In this document: positions 19,121 to 28,900 of the stretch, one piece after another
Position numbering within the stretch: position 1 is the stretch's first letter
Layout: each line of letters starts with the position of its first letter
DNA from: Pseudomonadota bacterium
GTDB lineage: Bacteria > Bdellovibrionota_B > Oligoflexia > Silvanigrellales > Silvanigrellaceae
Reading direction: 5' to 3'
Assembly: GCA_039799905.1 (NCBI GenBank)
Contig: JBDLRP010000041.1
Span: forward strand, 64,001 to 128,000
Length of the DNA: 64,000 nt
Made by a program: the position numbers and the translations under genes
Notes under the pieces: model-generated
The model's input: only the letters and a program-made list of their open reading frames with translations
Database searches by the model: none
Told to the model about the DNA's origin: nothing

Positions 19121-20051
19121 GCAGGACGGACAAGGAGATCGCAGTTTGAATAGCCAGCAAAACATGACACTCCTTTCAGGCAGTTGCCATTTGCGCGTGT
19201 CTCAATCGACCGGAAAAATTACCAGCCTCAAACGCGGCAACGAGGAACTGCTCGTGCAGGCACATGAGCACGAACTTGCTGCAGCTCTGACCGACGACGG
19301 CCGGACGGCTTTTGAAAGCCTTGATGCATGGGGAGCTGACGAGTGCTTCCCGACCATCGGGCGTTCTGCGCTTTGGAATTTGCGAGACCACGGCGAATTG
19401 TGGGCAAGCACACCCTCGGTTTTTTATGCCACGGCGGACCAGTGTTTTACCGGTTGGGAAAAGGACGGCTGTCAATTCAAACGAACAATCTCGTCGTGTG
19501 CAATTCCACAGGAGAGGCGCGCACTGGGAGCGTTTTTGACCCAGTTGAATTTTCCGTCGGCATTCGGCATCCGACTACAAGACGGCACACAACGACACGA
19601 CCTGCGCGTTGCTTCGACCTACGCCTCACACGCGCTTTTTGCAGCAGAACCGGGCGACCGTGTCGAATGGTCGATGCTGCCTAAAGTGGACAATCTTCAA
19701 TCGGCCTTGCTCCACCAAGCTCCATATCACGTGCTGGGCTCGCGAATTTTCGCTGATGATGAAGAAAATATAGCGAGCAAGTTCTATTTGCGAACACCGG
19801 CAACACTGGTGTTTGTGACGTCGTTGATTCGAAGACGACTGCGTCTGCGGATTGATGTCATACAAGATTCGAGCTTGCCGTGGGTCGGAATTTGGTGGTG
19901 TCACAATGGCTGGGGTGACGGCCGCCCGCACTCGACGGTGGGAATCGAACCCACGAATACCCCCAGCGACGGCCCTGTGCTGGAATTCGCAGAGTTGGCA
20001 CCTCCATCACTCTGCAACCCTCAATTTTTATGGGTTATTTCGGAATATTAA
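19104..20051 (+). CDS. Galactose mutarotase/aldose 1-epimerase-like protein
   Basis: GADECFPT, DHGELW, SHALF, PWVGIW, VGIEPT motifs; real start may be TTG 19146 or ATG 19164. Confidence 0.7.
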   Translation: MRRKPEQDGQGDRSLNSQQNMTLLSGSCHLRVSQSTGKITSLKRGNEELLVQAHEHELAAALTDDGRTAFESLDAWGADECFPTIGRSALWNLRDHGELWASTPSVFYATADQCFTGWEKDGCQFKRTISSCAIPQERRALGAFLTQLNFPSAFGIRLQDGTQRHDLRVASTYASHALFAAEPGDRVEWSMLPKVDNLQSALLHQAPYHVLGSRIFADDEENIASKFYLRTPATLVFVTSLIRRRLRLRIDVIQDSSLPWVGIWWCHNGWGDGRPHSTVGIEPTNTPSDGPVLEFAELAPPSLCNPQFLWVISEY

Positions 20052-20142
20052 ATTAAATATCCCGATTTCAAATGAGCTTCCTCTTGACGATTGACTGCGA
20101 CGGCTTAGGTTATCGGCAGTTTTAATCGTCCGGAGGTACTAA

Positions 20143-22011
20143 ATGTCACAAGAAGTTCATTCATTTCAGGCAGAAACTCAACAACTCCTCAACCTGATGA
20201 TCCACTCTCTATACTCGAACAAAGAGATCTTCCTGCGCGAACTTATCTCCAATGCTTCCGACGCCCTCGACAAGGCCCGCTTCGAAGAGATCACCAAACC
20301 GAATCTTCTTCCTGCAAAAGGTGAAACTGGAATTCGACTGAGCGTTTCCGCAGACAGCAGAAAGCTCATCATCGAGGACAGCGGAATCGGCATGACGCGT
20401 GACGAGCTCATCGCAAATCTGGGAACGATTGCAAACTCAGGGACAAAAAAATTCCTCGAAAAATTGAATGAGAACGACAAAAAAGATGCACAGTTGATTG
20501 GCCAGTTCGGAGTCGGCTTCTACTCTGCATTCATGGTCGCTGAAAAAATCGCCGTTGAAACCCGCTCTGCATCCGGTGACGCGGCATGGCTGTGGGAAAG
20601 CGAGGGAAACGGTACATACACGCTGACAGGCGGCAAACGCGAAGAACGCGGGACTAGAATTGAATTGACCATCAAGGAAGATGAAAAAGAATTTCTTGAA
20701 GAATGGCGGCTGAAGGGAATCGTTCGCAAATATTCTGACTATGTGACCTATCCGATTTTGTGGAAGGACAAAGACGAAAAGGAAGAAAGGCTCAACAAAT
20801 CAACTCCGGTCTGGGCCCGCTCAAAGAAAGACAACACCCCCGAAGATTACAAAGAGCTCTACAAGCAACTGAGCAATGACTGGCAGGAGCCGCTGTTGTG
20901 GGAACACGTCAATGCGGAAGGCTTGATGCCATTTCAGGCGGTCGCCTTCATTCCGTCGGCGGTCCCATTTGACCTGTACCAGCGCGATTCACACGGCCTG
21001 CACCTCTACGTGAGAAGGGTCAGCATCACCGACAAGTGCAAGGAGTTGATCCCTGAATATTTGCGTTTTGTCAGCGGAGTCGTCGAAACCGATGAGCTGC
21101 CGCTCAACGTCTCGCGCGAGATTCTCCAACAGAACAGCAAATTACCTGCAATCCGCAAGCAACTCGTTAAAAAACTACTCTCCTCCCTGCAAAATCTCGC
21201 GAAAAATGAACCCGAAAAATACGCAGGCTTTTATTCACAGTTCGGCGCAGTACTCAAGGAAGGATTCCATTTCGACCACGAAAATCATGAAAATCTCGCT
21301 GAGCTTGTGCGCTTCCGCTCGAGCAAGACAGGCCGCGACGGTTGGGTATCGCTGAAAGAGTACTGGGAGCGGAAAGCTTCCGAACAAAAGGATATCTACT
21401 ATCTCAGCGGCCCGTCTTTTGATGCTGTGTCCGCGAGCCCGCATTTGGAATCGCTCACCTCGCGTGGAATTGAAGTGCTGTTCCTAACCGACCCTATCGA
21501 TGAATGGTTCGTGATGGACTATCCGAAGTTCGGTGAAGCCGCCCTGAAGTCCATTGCCAAAGGTCAGTTGGATTTGACCGGCGTCGGCACAGAACCGGAA
21601 AAAAAGGAAAACAACGATCAGGCGACTCCCGAGCAGATTGCACCTCTTCTTGAGGTCTTCCGCAGAAAATGTGCTGACACTCTCAAGGACGTGAAAATTT
21701 CAACACGACTTGTCGACAGCCCATGCTGTCTTGTTGCAGATGAACACGGCCTGAGCGCCCACATGGAGCGACTCATGAAGGCCACCAACAAAGAGTTCTC
21801 CGGCAGCAAGCGAATTTTGGAAGTGAATCCGTCGCATCCAATCATTCTCTCTCTGGTTCGCAAAGCGCAGACGAATTCAACAGACGCAGCACTGGAAGAA
21901 TGGGTTGATGTGCTTTACGACACGGCTCTGCTTGCGGAGGGTTCACCCGTACGAAACCCTGGTGTGTTTGCAAAGAAACTCACCAAGATGCTTGAAATGC
22001 AAAATGCCTGA
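20143..22011 (+). CDS. htpG: Molecular chaperone HtpG (Hsp90)
   Basis: YSNKEIFLRELISNASDA, IGQFGVGFYSAF, LPLNVSREILQ. Confidence 0.98.
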   Translation: MSQEVHSFQAETQQLLNLMIHSLYSNKEIFLRELISNASDALDKARFEEITKPNLLPAKGETGIRLSVSADSRKLIIEDSGIGMTRDELIANLGTIANSGTKKFLEKLNENDKKDAQLIGQFGVGFYSAFMVAEKIAVETRSASGDAAWLWESEGNGTYTLTGGKREERGTRIELTIKEDEKEFLEEWRLKGIVRKYSDYVTYPILWKDKDEKEERLNKSTPVWARSKKDNTPEDYKELYKQLSNDWQEPLLWEHVNAEGLMPFQAVAFIPSAVPFDLYQRDSHGLHLYVRRVSITDKCKELIPEYLRFVSGVVETDELPLNVSREILQQNSKLPAIRKQLVKKLLSSLQNLAKNEPEKYAGFYSQFGAVLKEGFHFDHENHENLAELVRFRSSKTGRDGWVSLKEYWERKASEQKDIYYLSGPSFDAVSASPHLESLTSRGIEVLFLTDPIDEWFVMDYPKFGEAALKSIAKGQLDLTGVGTEPEKKENNDQATPEQIAPLLEVFRRKCADTLKDVKISTRLVDSPCCLVADEHGLSAHMERLMKATNKEFSGSKRILEVNPSHPIILSLVRKAQTNSTDAALEEWVDVLYDTALLAEGSPVRNPGVFAKKLTKMLEMQNA

Positions 22012-22033
22012 GGAACTCCTCAGGCATTTTTTT
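22001..22033. terminator. Intrinsic terminator, probably bidirectional, between htpG and the convergent lipoprotein gene
   Basis: aaaatgcctgagga-ac-tcctcaggcatttt perfect inverted repeat followed by a T run; contains the htpG stop. Confidence 0.88.
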
Positions 22034-22049
22034 CGACTCAACGTTTGAG

Positions 22050-23069
22050 TTACTGCTGAGTCGTTCCGTTTGCTGGGCGCGGCTGCAAAACGGGGCCCTG
22101 TTGAGTCGGATTTTGCGAACTCGGGTTTGGTAAAGTCGAGGGCTGTTGTACCGCAGGGTTTTGAGCGCCCGGCTGTTGAACGACACCTCCGCCACCCGGA
22201 TTTTGAGTCGTCGGGTTTTGGGTTGTTGGATTCGGTAACGTCGGATTCTGCACAGTCGGATTCTGTGTTGTCGGATTTGGCAAAGTTCCCGGCAGACCAA
22301 CCGGTGGTTTGCCACCCTTAGATGATCCGGCAGGACTTCCCACACCACACAGACCAGGCATCACATAAACTTTTGGATAAAAACCGCTCTCAAGGTCAAC
22401 TTGGTCGGACGCACTGCGATCCAGCCCTTCGTTCACCACACGCTGGATGTCGACAATAACTCCTACTGTCACATCATGCGACCGGACCTCATAATACGGT
22501 GTGCCGTTAAAAGCCGACCCTTGCTGCGAAAACACTCTGAAAATGGCTCTTCCGCTGGGAAGTGAGTTGTAGCAGCGTTTTCGAAAGCGGGGGCTGTTCG
22601 GTGGAATCTGAAACACATCTACGACTGCAGACTGGCCTTCAGCACGCGGGGTTCCAGGCGATGACGTTCCCGGTGTAGACCAGAAACCACGACGGACAAC
22701 GCCGCGCATTTCGTAGTTGGCTGGATCGATGTACGAATTCTGGCAGGTGTCTGGATGCGGAAATGGTTCAGGGTTGTTCGCATAGCTTGGGTCCCGAGAA
22801 CCATCCAAAGGCCTCCGTCCAACCTCGTCCGACGGCATTCCGGCGGCGCATCCGCGGTTGAAAACGTAGAAACCTGTATCGGTCAGCTTGCTGATGAGAT
22901 CGGGCGACATCGTGTTGCGATGGTAGGTGAGCAGCTCTTCTACGAAGCTGTTACCTCCCGAGCCGACCGACTGAGCTGTTGTTTCATTGAACTTGCGCGG
23001 CTGACATCCAACCAATACGAGCGCGGAGATTCCAAACAACCCAGTGGTCCGTGCACAAATCGATCGCAT
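22050..23069 (-). CDS. Hypothetical lipoprotein with C-terminal NPTxQ repeats
   Basis: MRSICARTT...LVLVGC lipobox; Cys-containing globular part; Pro/Gln/Thr pentapeptide tail. ORF is open back to 23135. Confidence 0.7.
   Translation of the reverse strand: MRSICARTTGLFGISALVLVGCQPRKFNETTAQSVGSGGNSFVEELLTYHRNTMSPDLISKLTDTGFYVFNRGCAAGMPSDEVGRRPLDGSRDPSYANNPEPFPHPDTCQNSYIDPANYEMRGVVRRGFWSTPGTSSPGTPRAEGQSAVVDVFQIPPNSPRFRKRCYNSLPSGRAIFRVFSQQGSAFNGTPYYEVRSHDVTVGVIVDIQRVVNEGLDRSASDQVDLESGFYPKVYVMPGLCGVGSPAGSSKGGKPPVGLPGTLPNPTTQNPTVQNPTLPNPTTQNPTTQNPGGGGVVQQPGAQNPAVQQPSTLPNPSSQNPTQQGPVLQPRPANGTTQQ
22198..22285. repeat. Degenerate 15-bp repeats encoding NPT(T/V/L)(Q/P)
   Basis: Translation PNPTTQNPTVQNPTLPNPTTQNPTTQNP. 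Confidence 0.75.
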
Positions 23070-23227
23070 ACGCGTATCCTCCGTCAGCTCGGTCAAGTCT
23101 CTCGCTCCGAGCTCGTTCGTCGGGTCTTCGGACATCCGTGACTCAAACTTGAGAAGAATTTCCGACCCATAATGACGTTGTGATGCTCAACCCTAAAGTC
23201 ATTCCACCCTTGTCAAGTCGCCAAAAA

Positions 23228-24910
23228 CTAAAATACTTTCTCAATAAAAACAGAGGAATGAAAGCCATTCAAGGTAACCTCCGTTTGCAGGGCCTTGGCA
23301 GAGTCGGAATTGACAAAAAGTCGTCCGAGAGAACCAAATTGCACACCAGTGCCAACTTTCAAACTCGCTGGCCGGCGTCCGACGAACTGCGTTTGCATCC
23401 GCGAGACAATCCATACCAACTCCGCAGAGCCGAAAATCGTGCTTGATTTTGCTGTAAGACCCAGTTCACCCTGAGCTGCTGCTGAGAACAAAAAATGTTG
23501 ACCAAGCGGGACTGTCGTCCCCAAACTTCCACCCAAAACAAATTCTCGCGCTCTAATTTGCAAGTCGCCCTGAGGAAGCCCAACTGCGGATTTGAAATCT
23601 CCATCACTCGCAAGAACACCGAGCCTCGCACCCAAGTGATAAACGAACTCGGGGTTGAGGTTCGCTGAAAAACTCCGCCGCAGCTCCGGTTCAATCCAGA
23701 AACCCATCTCGCGCATTCCAATCTTCGATTCAATTATACTGCTGCCGCTGTTCTTTTCCTCAACCTCGGTCTCAAGCACATATTGAGACTGAACATACAC
23801 GGCATGCGATAAGACTCCGAATCCGGCGCCGGTGCGGAGCCCCAACGTTCCGCTGCCTCCGTATGACGAGCGCAGCGACAAAACCGGAATTCCAGCCACC
23901 GCCCCGCCTCGGAAAAACAAAAAAACAGAGGACTTCTCTTTCAATTTCTCGACGTCTTCCTTGATCCTCTCACGTTCAAATCTCATTACATCGAACTGAA
24001 ACTGAGCTGTCAGAATGACAAATGCCTCACGCAGTCTCGTGTTGAATTCCTCTGTTCTTTTTCCACGCCCGTTCTTATTGACAATCCAACAGATAGATTT
24101 GGATTTATTGGCACACATCATGGCTTCACGCTGAGAAATCTCGCGAAGTCGGAAGCGGCTTTCGCTCTGCTCAAATCTCGCCTCAACAAAAGAAAGTTGT
24201 GAGGGCGGCGGAGGAAAACTCACCTCCGGTGTGCCTACTTCGGCATATCCACGCAGTCCAAATTGATCGAATTGAATAAGATTGCGTGTCACCGACGACA
24301 AAAATGGCAATTGGTCGTAAAGCGAGGCTGCGAGCAGTCGGACAAACGATCTGAAGCGTAACAGCCGCACTCGATATTCTGTCCATGGAATCAGTTTTTG
24401 TGCCTCACACTTTTCTTCAAGCAGAGGTTCGCCGGAGGGCCCTTTGTCGGACAGTTGTCGTGCGCGGCAAATTTCAGCGCGAATGACGTCTGAATTATCG
24501 AGTTTGTCCCTGCGAAGGGTGAGAATCCACTCATCGAATTTCCTCAGCTGTCGAAAATCCTCAACTTCACCTGCAACTTTCATCCTGCAGTTAACCTCGG
24601 ATGCGATTCCAAAACCCCACGGTCCCTGACCGTGCAAAAAAGCCTCTTTCCAAACTTTGCAGGCCGTTTGAAACTGCTCTTGACGCACCGAATCAATAGA
24701 CGAGTCGAATAGTTCTGGATCGAAGTCGATCCCCAAACGGACAGACTCGAATGGCAGGGGTTGCTCTCCGGACTGCTGTGCTTCGGCGTTGGTCAGAAAC
24801 GAAAACTGAGAAATGACAAACAGGGTGACAAAAACGATACCGCCAACACTTTTTTCTCCAAATGTTGGTGTGATAAACTGCAGGAGATCTTTGAGCTTTG
24901 GGTGTACCAT
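23228..24910 (-). CDS. Hypothetical exported protein with C-terminal outer-membrane beta-barrel-like domain
   Basis: Signal ending AEA; last ~230 aa show alternating hydrophobic/Gly strands; ends FIEKVF (terminal Phe). Start uncertain. Confidence 0.65.
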   Translation of the reverse strand: MVHPKLKDLLQFITPTFGEKSVGGIVFVTLFVISQFSFLTNAEAQQSGEQPLPFESVRLGIDFDPELFDSSIDSVRQEQFQTACKVWKEAFLHGQGPWGFGIASEVNCRMKVAGEVEDFRQLRKFDEWILTLRRDKLDNSDVIRAEICRARQLSDKGPSGEPLLEEKCEAQKLIPWTEYRVRLLRFRSFVRLLAASLYDQLPFLSSVTRNLIQFDQFGLRGYAEVGTPEVSFPPPPSQLSFVEARFEQSESRFRLREISQREAMMCANKSKSICWIVNKNGRGKRTEEFNTRLREAFVILTAQFQFDVMRFERERIKEDVEKLKEKSSVFLFFRGGAVAGIPVLSLRSSYGGSGTLGLRTGAGFGVLSHAVYVQSQYVLETEVEEKNSGSSIIESKIGMREMGFWIEPELRRSFSANLNPEFVYHLGARLGVLASDGDFKSAVGLPQGDLQIRAREFVLGGSLGTTVPLGQHFLFSAAAQGELGLTAKSSTIFGSAELVWIVSRMQTQFVGRRPASLKVGTGVQFGSLGRLFVNSDSAKALQTEVTLNGFHSSVFIEKVF

Positions 24911-24947
24911 TGAAATAAGATTAAACAAGCGAATCGGTGTAAACAAG

Positions 24948-25784
24948 ATGGCTGGGCTACATATTTTGTCACTACTCACTAGCATTACAGTTCATACTGG
25001 GGTTCTTTTTGCTCTTCTGATGCCGGCAACTGCGCTGTCGTCACGTTGTCCGAAACAGGCTGATTTCATCTTCAGGGAAGGTGATACTCTGTCGGAAGTC
25101 TTGTGGTTTCTCGGTTCAGAACCCGTCTATGGAAAACTAGGCTGGATTGAGCGGACTTGGAAACTGAATCCCCAGCTTGCGCATCTGCGCGGAAAAGAAA
25201 TTCCACCCGGGACACGCGTGAAGATTCCGTTGAAAAGTTGCCCCTTGAAAGGCGGCTGGACACTTCAAAACGGCGAGCTCATTTCCCCCTATCACCATCG
25301 AAAGGCAACGCCGGACACAGTGAGTGAACCGACTCCATCACCCACAGCATTGCCGACACCTTCACCAATGCCAACTGCATCGCCAACTGCGGCGCCTTCG
25401 CCTTCGCCTTCGCCTTCGCCTTCGCCTTCGCCAACGCCAACGCCAACGCCGACGCCTTCGCCAACGCCGACGCCTTCGCCAACGCCGACGCCTTCGCCAA
25501 CGCCGACACCTTCGCCAACGCCGACACCTTTGCCAACGCCGACTGCTTCACCAAAGCCGACTGCATCCCCCGCTGCTGCACCCGCATCGAGGCCCACGCC
25601 GAAAGTGTCCCCCAAGCCAACTGCGGCGCCTACGTTTAGCCCCAAAAAGAAGTTGAAACCGACCGAAAAGCTGAGACAAAACATCAGAGAGTCAAAAGAA
25701 GTATTCGAGAAAAGTCAGAGCAAAGAACAACTGTTTCTTGAGAAACTCAAAAGTGATGACGATTTTCGAATTCAAAACCCATAA
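24948..25784 (+). CDS. LysM-domain exported protein with Pro/Thr/Ser linker
   Basis: [11 protein letters not shown]...LNPQL...[11 protein letters not shown]ysM pattern, PT/PS repeats, charged C-terminal helix. Confidence 0.75.
   Translation: MAGLHILSLLTSITVHTGVLFALLMPATALSSRCPKQADFIFREGDTLSEVLWFLGSEPVYGKLGWIERTWKLNPQLAHLRGKEIPPGTRVKIPLKSCPLKGGWTLQNGELISPYHHRKATPDTVSEPTPSPTALPTPSPMPTASPTAAPSPSPSPSPSPSPTPTPTPTPSPTPTPSPTPTPSPTPTPSPTPTPLPTPTASPKPTASPAAAPASRPTPKVSPKPTAAPTFSPKKKLKPTEKLRQNIRESKEVFEKSQSKEQLFLEKLKSDDDFRIQNP
25393..25542. repeat. Compound 6-bp/18-bp tandem repeat encoding a PS/PT linker
   Basis: (cgcctt)x6, (cgccaa)x3, then about 5 copies of cgccgacgccttcgccaa. Confidence 0.92.
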
Positions 25785-25949
25785 TTTTCGATAGTTAATC
25801 ACACCAAGTTCAAAGCGCCGTCCCTAACTACCTTTCTCCCTAAGCTAAACATATCCCCAGATAATCCGATGCAGAGATACAGGGGAGAAGGAATGGCCGA
25901 GGCCGAAAGTATCAGAAACGGCAAAGTTGTGTTGTTTGATCGTTCCGCC

Positions 25950-28900
25950 ATGAGTAGGCGGCTGTCATTTCTCGTTCTTATTTGTCTCGGCATATTTTTT
26001 GCCGCCTGTAGCTCAAAAGCAAAGGTTAAGTACGAAAGCCTGGATCGTAAAGAAACGCAGGACAAAATAAACGCTGTCGGCAATAGCGCTGAGGCAGCTG
26101 AATTGTTTAAAAAACTGTCTGACCAATTGAGCGAAGAAGAAAGAAAACCACTCAACGAAATGATTTCGGTCATTATCGACAGAACACCAAGTAAAGCCGA
26201 AAAAAACTTCACCGTCGTAGCCGTTCTTAAGGCAGCCGAATCGATTCGCAGTACCGCAACGCTTCGCGCAAATTTTAAAAATCTTGTCGAACAGATGCTC
26301 GAGTTGAGCAAATTTTTTGATGAATCGTTGAAAGCAATTGCAGATGGTCTAGCTGTCGCGGCCGGTGAAAATAAAACTGTTTTCCTCTCGCAAGCTGAGT
26401 TTTTGCGAAAACGTGCCATTGCACAGACTGACCTACTTTTGACGATTGAATCGCTTTTATCAAAGGTCAACTCTGAAGGCGTTTTGGCTTCATCAGGCGC
26501 CTGGGGGAGTCTCCCGGCTGACGTGACAGCTGCAAAAGATTACTTGGAGATCCTTTTCAAGATTGCAGCGTCTGCATCTGCACAGGACGTTGCAAAGTGG
26601 ATTGACCGCACAAAAGATGAGAATATCAGCGCGCTGTTACTGCAAGGAATCAGGCCGATTTCGGCGAACGATTCGCAGCTGCCATTCATGGTAAAAGTGC
26701 AAAACGTCATTCCACAAGACACACTACTCATCTTCAACAGTCTCATGGCAGTCTATACGTCAGATGCCACAGCACAAAATACCAAAGTATCACTCGCCGA
26801 AGCTTTGAAGAAATCACTCGTGCTCAAGTCAGCTCTTCAGCCGTCTTTTTTTGCCTTGACCGCGGAATCTTTGAAGCGGACCAACTCTCAGATCTTTTTA
26901 AACGCTCTCGCGGACTCGATTGATCGAACAGGCGGGGAAGGCTTCTTTCTCCAGCCGCAGTACACAACCAGAAACCTGAGTGCGTTTGTGATTCCGGGCT
27001 GCGTCCTTCCCGGATCTTCAGGAGAATCGGTGACCTTTTCGTTCAGTTGGAAGAAGTCTGGCAACGTGATTCTTGAATTCACTCCACCGTCGACGGTCAG
27101 ACAAAACTCCGCCGGCGTTCTATTCGAGGTCGACGCTCAGGCACAATGCAGCGTCAGAGTGTTCGTCAGCGGGAATCAGGTTGCTGAATTGAACAGTGAA
27201 TTGGTGACAGTTCGCTCGGCGGCGCCGAGTTTTGCGTCCGGTGATCCACCAATCGTGCAGTCGTTCGCGATCAAAAAATCTGGCAGCTTTCTGTACAAAG
27301 TGAACGAGCAGGATGCGATAGCGGATATCAATACGTTCTATCGGGTCACGACTCAGCCGCAACACGGGAGTGTAAGCCAGAGCGAAGTCGGGTTTTTCGA
27401 CTATCGTCCGATTGCTAATTATGTGGGAGCCGATTCCTTCGGTTTTGTCGCATGCAATCCGGATGATGTCTGTAGTTCGGAAAAACTCATCACATTCAAC
27501 ATCAGCGAAGGGAATCTGAGCCCTCAGTTAGAAAGATTCATCATACCTCCGCAAAATAAATTGGGAGCCGGAATTGCCATGAGTCAATCATCTGTATTGA
27601 CTGATGTGCAGGTGGTGGTCATCGATGACGACATTTTAACTTCTTCGTGTGCAGTGCCAAATGTGATTGTCACGTCAGGAAATCTGGCGGTCATACCTCA
27701 GGCCAATATTGAAATCAGCGGAACCTATCCCTTCTGCAAGCTCAAGTTGACTCCCGCGGCAGGACCTGGAGGACTAGGCAGTGCAACCCTGACACTGAAA
27801 CTCGATGACCAAATCAATCCACCGGTTACATCTGACTTCAACGTTACGGTATTCAGCTCTACCCCCCAATTTGTTTTACCGGAAGCGCCCACCACCTTTA
27901 CCGTCAACAAGAATTCAGGCGCGAACACACTTCAACTCAGTGCATTGGTCGATCCTGATGCTGCACTGTTTACGACCCCGCAAACAACAACTTATTCAGT
28001 CACAAGCTCGCCTGCATTGGGGAGCGTATCGGCTGCATCGACTGTTCCGGCAGCCGGATTCGGTAGCATCACGTACACCACACCCAGTTCGCAGCCAAAC
28101 ACTCAGGCGAATCAAACTACATCCTTTTCATACTTAGCCTGTGACAACTCCTCGACACCGAATTGTTCGCCAACGCGCACTGTCAGCGTGAACATCATCA
28201 ACAATCCGCCAACGATATCTGCGATAGGCGATCTCAGTTTCAACGAAGATACACTTTCGACTGTGCAAAGTTTTACAATCAGCGATCCCGATGACACACG
28301 AAGCTGTGCTGATTTCAACTCAGCAGGAAATAAGATTTCCAGTGACACCACCATAATTCCAACGAGCGGAATCATTGTAGGAGGCACGGGAACAAACTGC
28401 ACAGTTCAAATTGATTCTGAAGCGAATGGCAGCGGCGGTCCCGTCACCGTCACACTGAGTTTACCTCACACAGTGCCGGTCCAACGGAGTTTTTCCGTCA
28501 CAGTTCTGCCTGTCAACGACGCTCCGACTGCCGTTCAGCTGTCGAATGCGACGATCGTTGAAAACAATCTGGCAAATGCTTTTATTGGCACCCTGAGCAC
28601 CACGGATCCTGATTCGGACGATTCATTTACCTACACTCTTGGAGGAGCCGACGCAGCTGCATTCACCATCAGCGGCAGCAACTTGCTAATCAATGCACCG
28701 GCAGATTTCGATACAAAATCCTCTTTCGCGATTACAATCACAAGCACGGACGCCGACGGACTCTCGATTGCAGGAGTTCCTTTTACCATCACAGTCATCA
28801 ACATCAACGAATCGCCCGCGTTCACAAGCACGGGCGAAACGCTTGTGCAGGTGAGTGAACAGGAAGTCAACCGCACTATCACTCTGGCAACTGCGACAGA

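Noticed and set aside
20052..20142. Sigma32 or CIRCE heat-shock element upstream of htpG
   Set aside because: No CCCCAT -10 and no TTAGCACTC inverted repeat; only weak sigma70-like hexamers.
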